Below are positions 19,233 through 28,927 of a DNA stretch of 64,000 nucleotides, in pieces. Source of the stretch: a virus; IMG/VR virus record IMGVR_UViG_3300035698_015907, one strand, 5' to 3'. The position numbers were made by a program, and so were the translations under genes. The stretch's first letter is position 1. The number at the start of each line of letters is the position of its first letter. The notes beneath the pieces were generated by a model. It was not told where the DNA came from, searched no databases, and saw nothing but the letters and a program-made list of their open reading frames with translations.

Positions 19233-20173
19233 TACTTCTTACCTTTCTTAATCTTGCTAACATCAACAGTAGGTGACGCACCAATAGAAGCTATATCTGT
19301 TAAGCTTCCACCGAAGACATAGCTGCCAACATGACTCAGCTTCATCCATGGGCACATCCATACTTTACCACCCATCTTCTGGACATTATAACAAAAGAAA
19401 TAATCTTCAGAAAGATACCTTTTAGTCTCTGGCTCAATGACACAATCAAAATAAGCCATAATTTCACGGCTACCATCAAAATGCTCTGTTCTAGCATGAT
19501 CAGGCTTGTAATGTAGTGCAGGAAAAGCTTTCTCATAATCTTCAAAAGTCTTCCTTCTGATCATCATAAAGCCAGTGCCTAATTCTCTAACCTCAACTGG
19601 CTTGTTGATAGCAATAGTGCCATCACCAGCTTTTGGATTGAAAACATAATCACCAACAAACTTTTCTAATACATTAGGATCATCATCGGCCATACCACGA
19701 TCTACTGCAGTTTTAATTTTTTCCCATGAAATACACTTCTTAGGATAAGCACCACCAATAACATCATATTCAGATTCATCATCAGCCATAGCCAAAAGAA
19801 CCAAAATATCTCTAGGATCAAAACCAATATCAGAGTCGATAAACATAAGATGGGTTGCACCAGATCTTAGAAATTCATCAACGCAATAGTTACGAGCTCT
19901 CTGTACTAGAGATTCATTGAATAGAAAATATACTTGAAGTGGGATTTGGTGAGCTGCGCACAATGCAGATAAATCTAGAATAGATCTAGTAAACATTCCT
20001 GCACACTGTCCACCATACATCGGTGCTGCAATAAAAAGCTTACGTTTTCTGAGCTGATCTATTGGTATCTTTATTTGAAATTTACCGGGCTCATTAGTAG
20101 CAATCTGTTCATGAATAGTAAGTTCACGAGGTTCTGTTAAATCCGCAACGGGCTCGTTTTGTTTATCAGTCAA
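19232..20173 (-). CDS. Putative GT-A fold glycosyltransferase
   Basis: PMYGG, ESLVQRARN, FIDSD (DxD), GAYPKK, GTGFMMIRR, LSEDYFFC, HVG. Confidence 0.75.
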   Translation of the reverse strand: MTDKQNEPVADLTEPRELTIHEQIATNEPGKFQIKIPIDQLRKRKLFIAAPMYGGQCAGMFTRSILDLSALCAAHQIPLQVYFLFNESLVQRARNYCVDEFLRSGATHLMFIDSDIGFDPRDILVLLAMADDESEYDVIGGAYPKKCISWEKIKTAVDRGMADDDPNVLEKFVGDYVFNPKAGDGTIAINKPVEVRELGTGFMMIRRKTFEDYEKAFPALHYKPDHARTEHFDGSREIMAYFDCVIEPETKRYLSEDYFFCYNVQKMGGKVWMCPWMKLSHVGSYVFGGSLTDIASIGASPTVDVSKIKKGKK

Positions 20174-20567
20174 ATTTATTAATCTCCGTATCAGTTATAT
20201 AAAGCAAAAGAATACTATAATGTATTATCTTTAAAACATCAGCTCTATCGAAACCATTTTTCTTGCCAAGTCTAAGTGAATATTTTAGTATATTACCCAT
20301 AACAAAACCCAAAAAATATCCAGCATCTTTTATTACTTCTAATGCTGATAATCTGGTTCTTGAATAATGAGCTTTATATGTTGAATTAATATAAGTCTTA
20401 AGTTCTTTTAGAATTTCATCTTCTTTAAACTTATATTCTACCTGCTCTGTTTGTTCTGTTTGTTTTACTTCATACCACTGTGGCATTACATTTATTGTAT
20501 ACGGTATTGAAGTAAGAAAACCAGTTTGATTTATAGGTTCTAAAGTATTAAGTTCACCATTATTCAT
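20166..20567 (-). CDS. DUF3310-like nucleotide-modification-associated protein
   Basis: YINSTYKAHYS...FVMGNILKY..R.GKKNG..ADVLKIIHY. Confidence 0.7.
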   Translation of the reverse strand: MNNGELNTLEPINQTGFLTSIPYTINVMPQWYEVKQTEQTEQVEYKFKEDEILKELKTYINSTYKAHYSRTRLSALEVIKDAGYFLGFVMGNILKYSLRLGKKNGFDRADVLKIIHYSILLLYITDTEINKFD

Positions 20568-20600
20568 TCATATTATATCCTTAGATTTAAGTAGTTATAG

Positions 20601-20630
20601 ATTATAACACATTTGATATATAATTGTCAA
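20601..20630 (-). promoter_or_regulatory. sigma70-like promoter
   Basis: TTGACA-18-TATAAT. Confidence 0.75.
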
Positions 20631-20657
20631 TCAAAATGTGCTATTGATATACAACAG

Positions 20658-21872
20658 TTAATCAAATAATGACATCACAGTACTGATCTTTTTCGAACTT
20701 TCAGAAATATTATACTTGTGAGTAGCATTATATTGAAATGCTTGATGAGCATCAACCCATTCTCTATTGCCTTCTAGCGCTTGTATTACTTCCTCTGCCA
20801 TGTCTTTCGCGGTATAAACAGGAACATTTTGACAAATATGATTCACATTCTTCTTAGGATCAATAAGTTCAAAATCATCAGGAAGACCCATTATTGTCAT
20901 AGCTTCACGATAGTTTATAAAGCGATCTTCGTCGGGGTGCGTTAATGATGTGGGATACCAACCAACAAAAGCACCTATCCTGTCTTTTGGTATAATCACT
21001 CCTCTGCGCATAATAGACAAACCTTCAGCTAGCTTATGATGTCTACGAACACATTTTGCAACTTCCCGTTCATAACCTTCTTTTTTCATCCACTCTGAAA
21101 GTTCTAGGTATGATACACCTTTCCTTTCGATGTATGACAAAGTATCAACACCACGAGCATTAGCAGGTTCTACATTAGCTGAATATTCACGATGCGTTAT
21201 GCCGCCATGAATAACTTCTAGGATATATCTATAATAAGGATCTTCAGAAGGAGTGCTAGAATTAATTGGCTCAGTTTGAAAATTAGATTTCACACCACGA
21301 AGAACGTCTTCGATTTTAGCATGTTCGCGGTTGTAGTAATTAAACACTGGAAGTTTATCACCACGGAAGAAAAAATAGAAAGCTCGTTCTCTTACTTGCG
21401 GTCCGCCATGTAACAAAGTTTTAGTTCTATATAATAGCATAGAATATCCATTATCTCTGCCTATGTTGAATAGATTATTCCTAACATTCTTTCCTATAGA
21501 CCCAGCCAAAGCTGGAGCATTTTCGCCCCAGTACACGGTTGGTCTGTATTGGCCAAGAACATACTTTGCTGCTATATCCATCCATTCATTGTTTTTATTA
21601 TCATCACCATATCCATGTGACATCTGAGATAAACCAGCGCACGGACAAACAGAATGAACTATATCAGCTTTCGGTCCGTTGTAAGGGCCATCTTTATCAA
21701 GAACATGATATGGAACCGAACCACCGTAATGATTTACTATGTGCTGATCATGACCCCCAAAAGCTTCGTAGGACATGAGATGCTTTGGTGGTGCACCATG
21801 AGCCAATTCAGCTCCAATAGATTGTCCTCCTATTAGAGGCACTATTCCAGCATGAGTAAGGTTGGTTCCCAC
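20658..21872 (-). CDS. DNA C5-cytosine methyltransferase-fold protein with atypical motif I
   Basis: Motif IV CPCAGLS, motif VI ENAP, motif VIII PQVRERAF, motif IX REAMTIMGLP, motif X QNVP; motif I reads IVPLIGG. Confidence 0.8.
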   Translation of the reverse strand: MGTNLTHAGIVPLIGGQSIGAELAHGAPPKHLMSYEAFGGHDQHIVNHYGGSVPYHVLDKDGPYNGPKADIVHSVCPCAGLSQMSHGYGDDNKNNEWMDIAAKYVLGQYRPTVYWGENAPALAGSIGKNVRNNLFNIGRDNGYSMLLYRTKTLLHGGPQVRERAFYFFFRGDKLPVFNYYNREHAKIEDVLRGVKSNFQTEPINSSTPSEDPYYRYILEVIHGGITHREYSANVEPANARGVDTLSYIERKGVSYLELSEWMKKEGYEREVAKCVRRHHKLAEGLSIMRRGVIIPKDRIGAFVGWYPTSLTHPDEDRFINYREAMTIMGLPDDFELIDPKKNVNHICQNVPVYTAKDMAEEVIQALEGNREWVDAHQAFQYNATHKYNISESSKKISTVMSLFD

Positions 21873-21879
21873 TTTATTT

Positions 21880-22678
21880 TTATCCTTTATTAAAATGTGT
21901 ATTTAGTTGAAAAACTAAGGATTTCATATTTGCATCATAATATCCAGAAGAATTTAATGTATTAATTTCTACTATTTCATACCTTCTTCAGTTCTACAAA
22001 CGTCTATAACGAATGCATCTGCTGGATTCCAATAATCTAAACTTATTATTGCTGTAGCCATAGCGCTAGCAAAGCTAGTAAATTCTTTATCTATAACTGG
22101 ACTATAGAAAACTCTATCACCTACTTTATACATAGATGATGTTACTATATTACTTTTCACAATCCAGAATCTAGCTTCAGCGTATATTTGTTTAGGCTTA
22201 GAAATTATGACTTTAGTATCTTCATCAATAGTATATCCATAATCTTTACCATTTTCTAATATATTAGATCGCCATTCATCCCATTCTTCTTTAGAAAATA
22301 TTCTACCAGCAAAAGATTTTGAATCATCAGCAGGTCTTATAAATGCTTCATCTTCATTGAATGAAGCATTTTTCATATTAACTATTTTTGCATCATAGTT
22401 TAAGAGCATATTACCCCAATGCTCTTTTTGCTCTTCAAAAGAAACATCTTCAAGATCAAATACACCAGGATACCAGCCATTCTTTTTTGCTATATGACGC
22501 ATAGCATAAGAGCCCATACAAATGACATTTTTAGTATCTAATACTGGTTCGGGAATTAGTTCACCAACAAATGGAACTATTTTATGAACAGAATATGGTA
22601 TATCAAAATCGATTAAGCATCGATTAATTCATGCCATTTATTTTCATTGAAAATGTTTTCTTGGATCACCCAATGCAT
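21880..22678 (-). pseudogene. ATP-grasp (DUF4343/R2K-like) gene with two frameshifts
   Basis: MHWVIQEN...HELIDA*/FDIPYSVHK...GSY...FIRPADDSKSFAG...EARFWIV...FVIDVC...GMK*/IVEINTLNSSGYYDA...*. Confidence 0.7.
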
Positions 22679-23443
22679 TCACATCATTCCATTTCGCACA
22701 GTATCGCGATACGTTCTTATTCTATTTATGACTTCTGGAAGTTGCATAGTGAAGTCATCAACAGATAAAACATTATATTGTGGCTTATTTCCCATTCCTA
22801 TATTATCTAAGTGTTCTGGGAACAACTCAGAACACAGTTCTAACATAGTAATGGGAGGAGTTACTATATGATTTATTTTATTGAATTTTGTATGAATGTT
22901 TTCTAGTATTCCTGAAACATCATACCATTGATATACGGCATGAGTTGCGATAGAAGAAACTCTATGATCATGCGTTAAATCATATATTGGATTTTTTGTG
23001 AGCCCTTCACCGAACAAACCAGGAAGTCTAAATATTCTTGTAGATGAAAAATTATCAAGCATCCAATTTTCAAGATCTAGTCTATGAATTCCATAATAAT
23101 TTCCTACATCATGATCAGAATGTAATGGAACTGATCTTTCATCTACAAACATGGGAAATCCAAAAACATCTACTGTTGATATGTGAACCATATCAGTAGT
23201 AGTTACGGTTCTTAAGTAGCTTTTTAGTTTTTCAATTTTTTCAATATCATCAGCTGGGTATAAATTAGCTTTCCACTTGGTTCCTGATACACCAGCATTT
23301 ATCACCATGTGGTAATTTTTATCTACAATATTTTCTATATTCTTAGAATTATACTTATCTACGTCTATTCCCATAGTACCAAATTGACGAACTATAGTAC
23401 TTCCAACTAATCCTGTGCAACCAATAACTGCTATATCATTCAT
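22679..23443 (-). CDS. NAD-dependent epimerase/dehydratase (extended SDR-like)
   Basis: IGCTGLVG, INAG, ISTVDV, YGIHR, RLPGLFG. Confidence 0.85.
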   Translation of the reverse strand: MNDIAVIGCTGLVGSTIVRQFGTMGIDVDKYNSKNIENIVDKNYHMVINAGVSGTKWKANLYPADDIEKIEKLKSYLRTVTTTDMVHISTVDVFGFPMFVDERSVPLHSDHDVGNYYGIHRLDLENWMLDNFSSTRIFRLPGLFGEGLTKNPIYDLTHDHRVSSIATHAVYQWYDVSGILENIHTKFNKINHIVTPPITMLELCSELFPEHLDNIGMGNKPQYNVLSVDDFTMQLPEVINRIRTYRDTVRNGMM

Positions 23444-24503
23444 TATTACTATTCCTCGCTATATGTGATAATACCATGTCTCCAGCTTGGAAAATTGTAT
23501 CAATTTTTCCTGACATTATACTTAATACTCTACCTGATGTTCTCATAGAAACACTTCTATTATCATATAATCCATATGGCTTTGTTTTAATTGAAATCTG
23601 ATTGCCAGCATATTCAAAAAGTTCGTTAAACAAAGGAAGATATTTCGTTATCTGTTTTTCAAAAGCTGGAATCTTCTTATCAATAATATTTCTAGCTGAT
23701 TCACTACTATCAATATTATCAACAAAACTTCTTGCTTCTGATGCGTGCTCAGTTCTTAATAGAGGAGTTAATGGAACTGATGATAACGTAAATAATCCCA
23801 GCTGTTCCATTGGATATATAGAACATAGATCACCATCAACAAATGTTACAGCTGGAAAATCTGCATCTTTTTCTTTTAGATTATAATATAAGATTAGTGA
23901 TGGTTCAAAGAATACACTGTGTAAGGTTAACATATGTCCCCACGTGCAATTTATAACATAGTCAAAATTATGTATATTTTCTTTATCATCTTCTAATTCT
24001 ACATTAGATTCGAAATTTCTAACATCTGTAATTTTGGTATTTAATACCAATTCGTTTTCTAATTTCTTTTCAAAATACTTATTTGCTACATCAGTAAGAA
24101 TAATTCTTTCCTGAGTCAACACACAGCCTTCAACATTTTTGAGCCAATCAGGAACATCCATTTCATTGAAATCAATGTCTGTAGCAGTCATTATAGATTT
24201 ATAAGTTTTGAAATCTATTAGTGAATCATATCTTGGTACAGCATAAATGTTGCCAGCTTTACATGGAGCACTGAGCTCTGGATACCTTTCAAGAAATAAG
24301 CTAAAACCTTCACGAGACTGTTTTCTAGTTTCATAATGTCTAGCATAATGAAAACCTGTATGCAATCGATACTGATTAAGTCCAGAAGCTCCCATAAAGA
24401 TGCTATCATCTTTTTCAAAGATTTTAACATCCATACCTAAGCCCTTAAGTAAAAGACCTATGTGGCATCCATACCATCCTGCTCCTATAATTCCAATTTT
24501 CAT
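23436..24503 (-). CDS. FAD-dependent oxidoreductase
   Basis: IIGAGWYG, IFEK, GASGLNQYRLHTGFHY, SGKID. Confidence 0.85.
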   Translation of the reverse strand: MKIGIIGAGWYGCHIGLLLKGLGMDVKIFEKDDSIFMGASGLNQYRLHTGFHYARHYETRKQSREGFSLFLERYPELSAPCKAGNIYAVPRYDSLIDFKTYKSIMTATDIDFNEMDVPDWLKNVEGCVLTQERIILTDVANKYFEKKLENELVLNTKITDVRNFESNVELEDDKENIHNFDYVINCTWGHMLTLHSVFFEPSLILYYNLKEKDADFPAVTFVDGDLCSIYPMEQLGLFTLSSVPLTPLLRTEHASEARSFVDNIDSSESARNIIDKKIPAFEKQITKYLPLFNELFEYAGNQISIKTKPYGLYDNRSVSMRTSGRVLSIMSGKIDTIFQAGDMVLSHIARNSNNE

Positions 24504-25627
24504 ATTTTTATCGGTGCTTCTAATACTTTTTGTATTTCTTCTTTAGTTATATTTTTATCTAAAGGATGATTATCATAAATGCCTTCGCGTTGTCTTTTTG
24601 CTAAATCAACAAGCTGACTAATATCCATCTGCTCAACGTCTTTAGGAACTACCCCAACATGAGCTTCTGAATATATAGATCCTTCAGCATCATCGACTGC
24701 TAGTATAGAACCAGCATCTGCTAACTGAAGTGCTCTTGGTCGCCAAAATCCAGACCCTGCATGATAATAACTAGGTGCTAAACATCCCCAGTGTTCTTCG
24801 TATGTGCGACACATCTGATCTTCAGTTTTTCTTTCAGATCTAAACTTACCACGTCTTGATCCATAATAATCAATTTCCCACTCACAACTTTCAGTTTTAG
24901 ATTTGAGCCATTTCATTGTACGATCTTGCATCAATGAAGCGAAAGCCCACTTCTTTTCTTTCTTTTCATTGTTTAATCTAATTGAACCACTGAATAATTC
25001 TTCTAGACTATTGCTTCCTGTTCCAAAACTATTATCTGGTGTTCTATTTAAATGCCATGGATTTGGGTTGAATGTGAAAAAATTATCATCAGCCCAGCCA
25101 GAATCAAAAAGCTTTTTATTTCCATTAGAAAATGCTGCAGTAAGAAAACGATTTTTTCTAGAAAGTATATTAGCTATACCTTCTTTATATGTATTTTTAT
25201 ATGATTTAATTGTATCAGCATCTTCAATACCAGTATACAAAGAAACTAAATAATTTTTGAATGCAATTTCATCACGGTCTAAGCTTTCATCGAATTCTGT
25301 GATGCCTCTTAGAATTCGATCGAATTGCCAATCATCAATTGATAATATAGCATCTGGTCGTACAGCTGCAACATAAAGACCAGAATATAATCTCTGACAA
25401 AATGCTTTAGGTGTATGAATATAAAGTATGACTTGATCAAAGTGACTTAAATCTTCACCTAGATCAACATGTCGCTGCTCGACATCCCAACCTAAGCTTT
25501 CAAGTACTCTTATTAACGAGTAGTGGGCAGGAACTACTTTGAGTTCCTGCCTGAGATAACCATCTCGTCTTGTTTGCAAAGTATTCATGCCAGTAATTAG
25601 AATTTTTGGTTTCATATTATTGTACAA
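24500..25627 (-). CDS. Putative DNA glycosyltransferase (GT-B-like, uncertain)
   Basis: KILITG N-terminal strand, DDWQ, YYG, WGCL.P.Y, FWRPR; lies in the gp42 modification cluster. Confidence 0.45.
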   Translation of the reverse strand: MYNNMKPKILITGMNTLQTRRDGYLRQELKVVPAHYSLIRVLESLGWDVEQRHVDLGEDLSHFDQVILYIHTPKAFCQRLYSGLYVAAVRPDAILSIDDWQFDRILRGITEFDESLDRDEIAFKNYLVSLYTGIEDADTIKSYKNTYKEGIANILSRKNRFLTAAFSNGNKKLFDSGWADDNFFTFNPNPWHLNRTPDNSFGTGSNSLEELFSGSIRLNNEKKEKKWAFASLMQDRTMKWLKSKTESCEWEIDYYGSRRGKFRSERKTEDQMCRTYEEHWGCLAPSYYHAGSGFWRPRALQLADAGSILAVDDAEGSIYSEAHVGVVPKDVEQMDISQLVDLAKRQREGIYDNHPLDKNITKEEIQKVLEAPIKI

Positions 25628-26079
25628 CGAACTCCGGATTCATTAAACATTGATTGACTACTTTCCCAGCTCTGTTTCCAGCGTTCTTTAGCAGCATCTG
25701 ATAACATACAAGAAGAATCAACGACTACATTTTTCACACCAGCTTGTATGAGACCTTTAGCACACTCTGAACATATTGGAAGACCATACACATACACGGT
25801 TGAATTTTTTAAAGACACACCACTGAAAGATGCATTATAAATCGCATTCATTTCTGCATGAACAGTATATGAATATTTTATCTCACGAGTTGTAAGTCTA
25901 TCTTCAGTATCTTCTATGCCCCTAGGAAATCCATTATAACCAGTAGATAATATCTGGCCTATTTCACCAATAGCAACAGCACCGACTTGTGTTGACGGAT
26001 CTTTACTCCATGTAGATACTAATTTAGCTAGTTCAATATATCTAGCATTCCACTTTTTATTATCAGTTTCCAAAACCAA
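25612..26079 (-). CDS. cd: dCMP deaminase
   Basis: SKDPSTQVGA, GYNGFPRG, HAEMNA, PICSECAK. Confidence 0.92.
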   Translation of the reverse strand: MVLETDNKKWNARYIELAKLVSTWSKDPSTQVGAVAIGEIGQILSTGYNGFPRGIEDTEDRLTTREIKYSYTVHAEMNAIYNASFSGVSLKNSTVYVYGLPICSECAKGLIQAGVKNVVVDSSCMLSDAAKERWKQSWESSQSMFNESGVRCTII

Positions 26080-27244
26080 ATTTTGCCTTATGTGTATGAT
26101 TCTGTAAACGGCTATTAGTAGAAAACAGCTCTGCTAGAGTATATTCTCTAGAATCTTCTAGCTGTGTTTTGAGTTTCTTCTTCTTTACTACATCTGCAGC
26201 TTCAGAATTTGTCAATTTTCTAAAATCAACAACATCAAAACAGCGGCCGGGGCGTGTTAGTGCAGGATCAATAAATTCAGGATCAGTTATGTTTGTAGAA
26301 AATATAATTTTCTTTGTTACATTCTTGACGATGCCATCAGACACATTCAACAATTTATTAAGAAGTCTGTTGTCTGATTTTTCTCTATCATAAAGAAGAC
26401 TATCAGCATCTTCAATGATAAGAACATCAACATAACTATCATTAATAAAGCCTAGAAAATATTCATCACCTTTTATCAGAGCTTCATCATAAGTAATTTC
26501 GGCATTAAGTTCATTCTCAGAAATAAAGTTTCTAATGAATGTAGTTTTACCAGTGCCGGGAATACCAGTTAGAAGCAATATAGATTCAGGTGAATCTAGG
26601 TAGCTTTTGAAATACTCTTGAACTGTATCAGTAGGAAGATAAGGATACAATTCTTTAATAAGAGGCTCTTGCTTGTCGATAAAAATTTGTTTTCTTGTTA
26701 TGCCCTGTGGTGACATAAATGCCCAAATTAAACTATGAGTTTTAAATGGCTCTAGTTCATTAATGATGCTATCTAGTAAAGTTTCCATTCCAGACACATT
26801 GCGGTGACGTATGGAAAATCTAAATTCTGAAAATGGTATTTTATCATCTTCAACAGTTTTATTATTCTTTTTAGCTCTATATTCATTAATATCAAAATTA
26901 ACAGTGATGAATAGATCATCTGTAAATGCAACAAATGATCCATATGAACTTTTAAAATGACAATCATTTCCAATCTTTGATATTACTACATCAAAAACTT
27001 TAGATATTGGCAGCTTAAGTTTCATAGTAACGTGTGTAAAGTAAAAATTATTTTTAAGAGCAAAAACTCTTTCTGCCATATCTATTGCGTCAGATACATC
27101 ATACAATCCAAACGATATTTTATCAATATTCACATCAGTATTCATATTAGTTTCTTCTTTCATTTGTATATAATTTGTCATATTAATTTCTTCTTTCATT
27201 TGTATATAATTTGTCATATTAGGTTCAAAAAAACGAGAAGCCAT
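26063..27244 (-). CDS. AAA+ ATPase
   Basis: GIPGTGKT, LIIEDAD, STN, DPALTRPGR. Confidence 0.9.
   Translation of the reverse strand: MASRFFEPNMTNYIQMKEEINMTNYIQMKEETNMNTDVNIDKISFGLYDVSDAIDMAERVFALKNNFYFTHVTMKLKLPISKVFDVVISKIGNDCHFKSSYGSFVAFTDDLFITVNFDINEYRAKKNNKTVEDDKIPFSEFRFSIRHRNVSGMETLLDSIINELEPFKTHSLIWAFMSPQGITRKQIFIDKQEPLIKELYPYLPTDTVQEYFKSYLDSPESILLLTGIPGTGKTTFIRNFISENELNAEITYDEALIKGDEYFLGFINDSYVDVLIIEDADSLLYDREKSDNRLLNKLLNVSDGIVKNVTKKIIFSTNITDPEFIDPALTRPGRCFDVVDFRKLTNSEAADVVKKKKLKTQLEDSREYTLAELFSTNSRLQNHTHKAKFGFGN
27143..27221. repeat. 36-bp tandem duplication at the 5' end of the AAA gene
   Basis: NMTNYIQMKEE(I/T) x2. Confidence 0.85.
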
Positions 27245-27979
27245 TTAATATTCAAACTTGTTATATTTTGAATCAAAATTTTTCTTTTTAATACTGGTTT
27301 CACTAGTATTAGCATAATGATGTATCAAATAAAAGTGCCTTTCATAAATGTGCAAACTTCCAGTTTGCCAATATATTTCACCAGGTGCTAAATCAAGTTC
27401 AAGTGCTATTCTTTCTAACATAGTTCGCTGCCAAGCAAAATCATTACGATAACCAAATATAGCATCATTCGATCTCATATTAACAATAGCATTCAGTTCA
27501 TTATTTCTAATAAGATATTGAACAGTATTTGTACATACAAAATCTGACATACCATTTTTGTTATAATCAGTATGCATTGATGGTCTAGTATAAATTGCTA
27601 TTGCTCGTCTAGAATCTCTGTTTTTACTGAGTTCCATTACTACATTTTCAAACTGAGAACCATTACCTTCTGAATATACTAGGTAACCATAATTTGAATT
27701 TATTAGACCATCTTTTGACGCAACCTTTGTCCATATTTCTGGTGTTTTATCACCCATAGCATCAACTCGCAGAGACATGCTATCATACCATTCTAGCTCT
27801 GCAGCTATATAAGCATAATTCGGGTCGCCAAAAATATGATCAACATATAACTCATCTGGTTCAATCATAAATGATGAACCTACTATTTCAACAGTTTTTA
27901 CCCCAGATTTATCAGTGATAAATTTTTTGGCGAGAAATGCATCAACAAACTTCTCTCTAATATCTAAAATATTCGTCAT
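27245..27979 (-). CDS. gp42: dCMP hydroxymethylase
   Basis: INSNYG, RPSMH, MSDFVCTNTVQYLIR...VNMRSNDAIFGYRNDFAWQ, GSLHIYERHF closely follow T4 gp42, including the cytosine-specifying Asp of RND. Confidence 0.9.
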   Translation of the reverse strand: MTNILDIREKFVDAFLAKKFITDKSGVKTVEIVGSSFMIEPDELYVDHIFGDPNYAYIAAELEWYDSMSLRVDAMGDKTPEIWTKVASKDGLINSNYGYLVYSEGNGSQFENVVMELSKNRDSRRAIAIYTRPSMHTDYNKNGMSDFVCTNTVQYLIRNNELNAIVNMRSNDAIFGYRNDFAWQRTMLERIALELDLAPGEIYWQTGSLHIYERHFYLIHHYANTSETSIKKKNFDSKYNKFEY

Positions 27980-28585
27980 TCATAAATCCTTTATATAATC
28001 TGAAGGACGAATCCATTCAATCTTATTAGTATAATCTAATCTTTTGTCCCACACAAACCACGCGTACGCGACCATTCCACCTAACCCATTATTATTATCA
28101 ACATACTTTTCGTGGCAATTAACTCTACCAGAAAGAACGTATATTACAGTTGGAGGATACTTTTTGAATAGTTCATATCTTCTCAGTGATTCCATAAAAG
28201 TAAGTCTTAAGAAAAAAGCTACAAATGGATAATCAAGATCATCTAATAAATGACCTAAAAGCTTTTCTGGAAGATTATGTTTAAATGGCGGGTTTGTTAT
28301 AACACCACCAGTTAAATGCTCATGTTTAAGGAAATCTACACCAGTTGCAATATCAGGAACTAATGGATTTTCATATTCATAAAGATCAGAAGAAAATACT
28401 TCATGACCATTTCTTTTTAATTCTTTAGTTATATGCCCTTTGCCTGCTGCTGGTTCCCACAAAGACAATGGCACATCATGATTTTTAAGTAAACTTAATG
28501 TAGCGATAGGAGGCGTTGGATAGAAATCATTATTTTCTCTGTCTTTATTAGACTTTTTAGTTATATACGCATCTATCAAACTCAT
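27980..28585 (-). CDS. DNA amino-methyltransferase (m6A/m4C)
   Basis: DFYPTPP, WEPAAGKG, ITNPPF, YAWFVW. Confidence 0.85.
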   Translation of the reverse strand: MSLIDAYITKKSNKDRENNDFYPTPPIATLSLLKNHDVPLSLWEPAAGKGHITKELKRNGHEVFSSDLYEYENPLVPDIATGVDFLKHEHLTGGVITNPPFKHNLPEKLLGHLLDDLDYPFVAFFLRLTFMESLRRYELFKKYPPTVIYVLSGRVNCHEKYVDNNNGLGGMVAYAWFVWDKRLDYTNKIEWIRPSDYIKDL

Positions 28586-28926
28586 TTTTTCTGATGAGGC
28601 TTATTAAACATGTCCCTTTCTATATTTTGCCCTGGAACACCATGCTCCAGATAAGCTGAATAGAATGATGTATAGTTAATTAAATCACCAGCTGTATCTT
28701 TTAATGATTCAAAATTAGGATTGTTTTCACCACTCTGCATTGCATCCATAAGAGATCGCAATCTAAGCATCTTAGTATTCATCATATCATATATTGATTC
28801 TATACCACGAGGATAATAATCTGCTTGTTCAACAGTAGATGAATCATTCTGATAATCATTAGACTTTTTTATTTGTAAATCAATACATTCTTTTAATACT
28901 GTTACAGAAACTCTTTCTTCTGACAA
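28582..28926 (-). CDS. Nucleotide modification-associated domain 1 (Nmad1/DUF1599-like)
   Basis: KKSNDY...KMLRL...ESLKDT..DLINY. Confidence 0.75.
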   Translation of the reverse strand: MSEERVSVTVLKECIDLQIKKSNDYQNDSSTVEQADYYPRGIESIYDMMNTKMLRLRSLMDAMQSGENNPNFESLKDTAGDLINYTSFYSAYLEHGVPGQNIERDMFNKPHQKK

Positions 28927-28927
28927 A

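Noticed and set aside
27245-27979. Thymidylate synthase ThyA
   Set aside because: Motifs match dCMP hydroxymethylase (DFxCTN, RND with Asp), and ThyX is present
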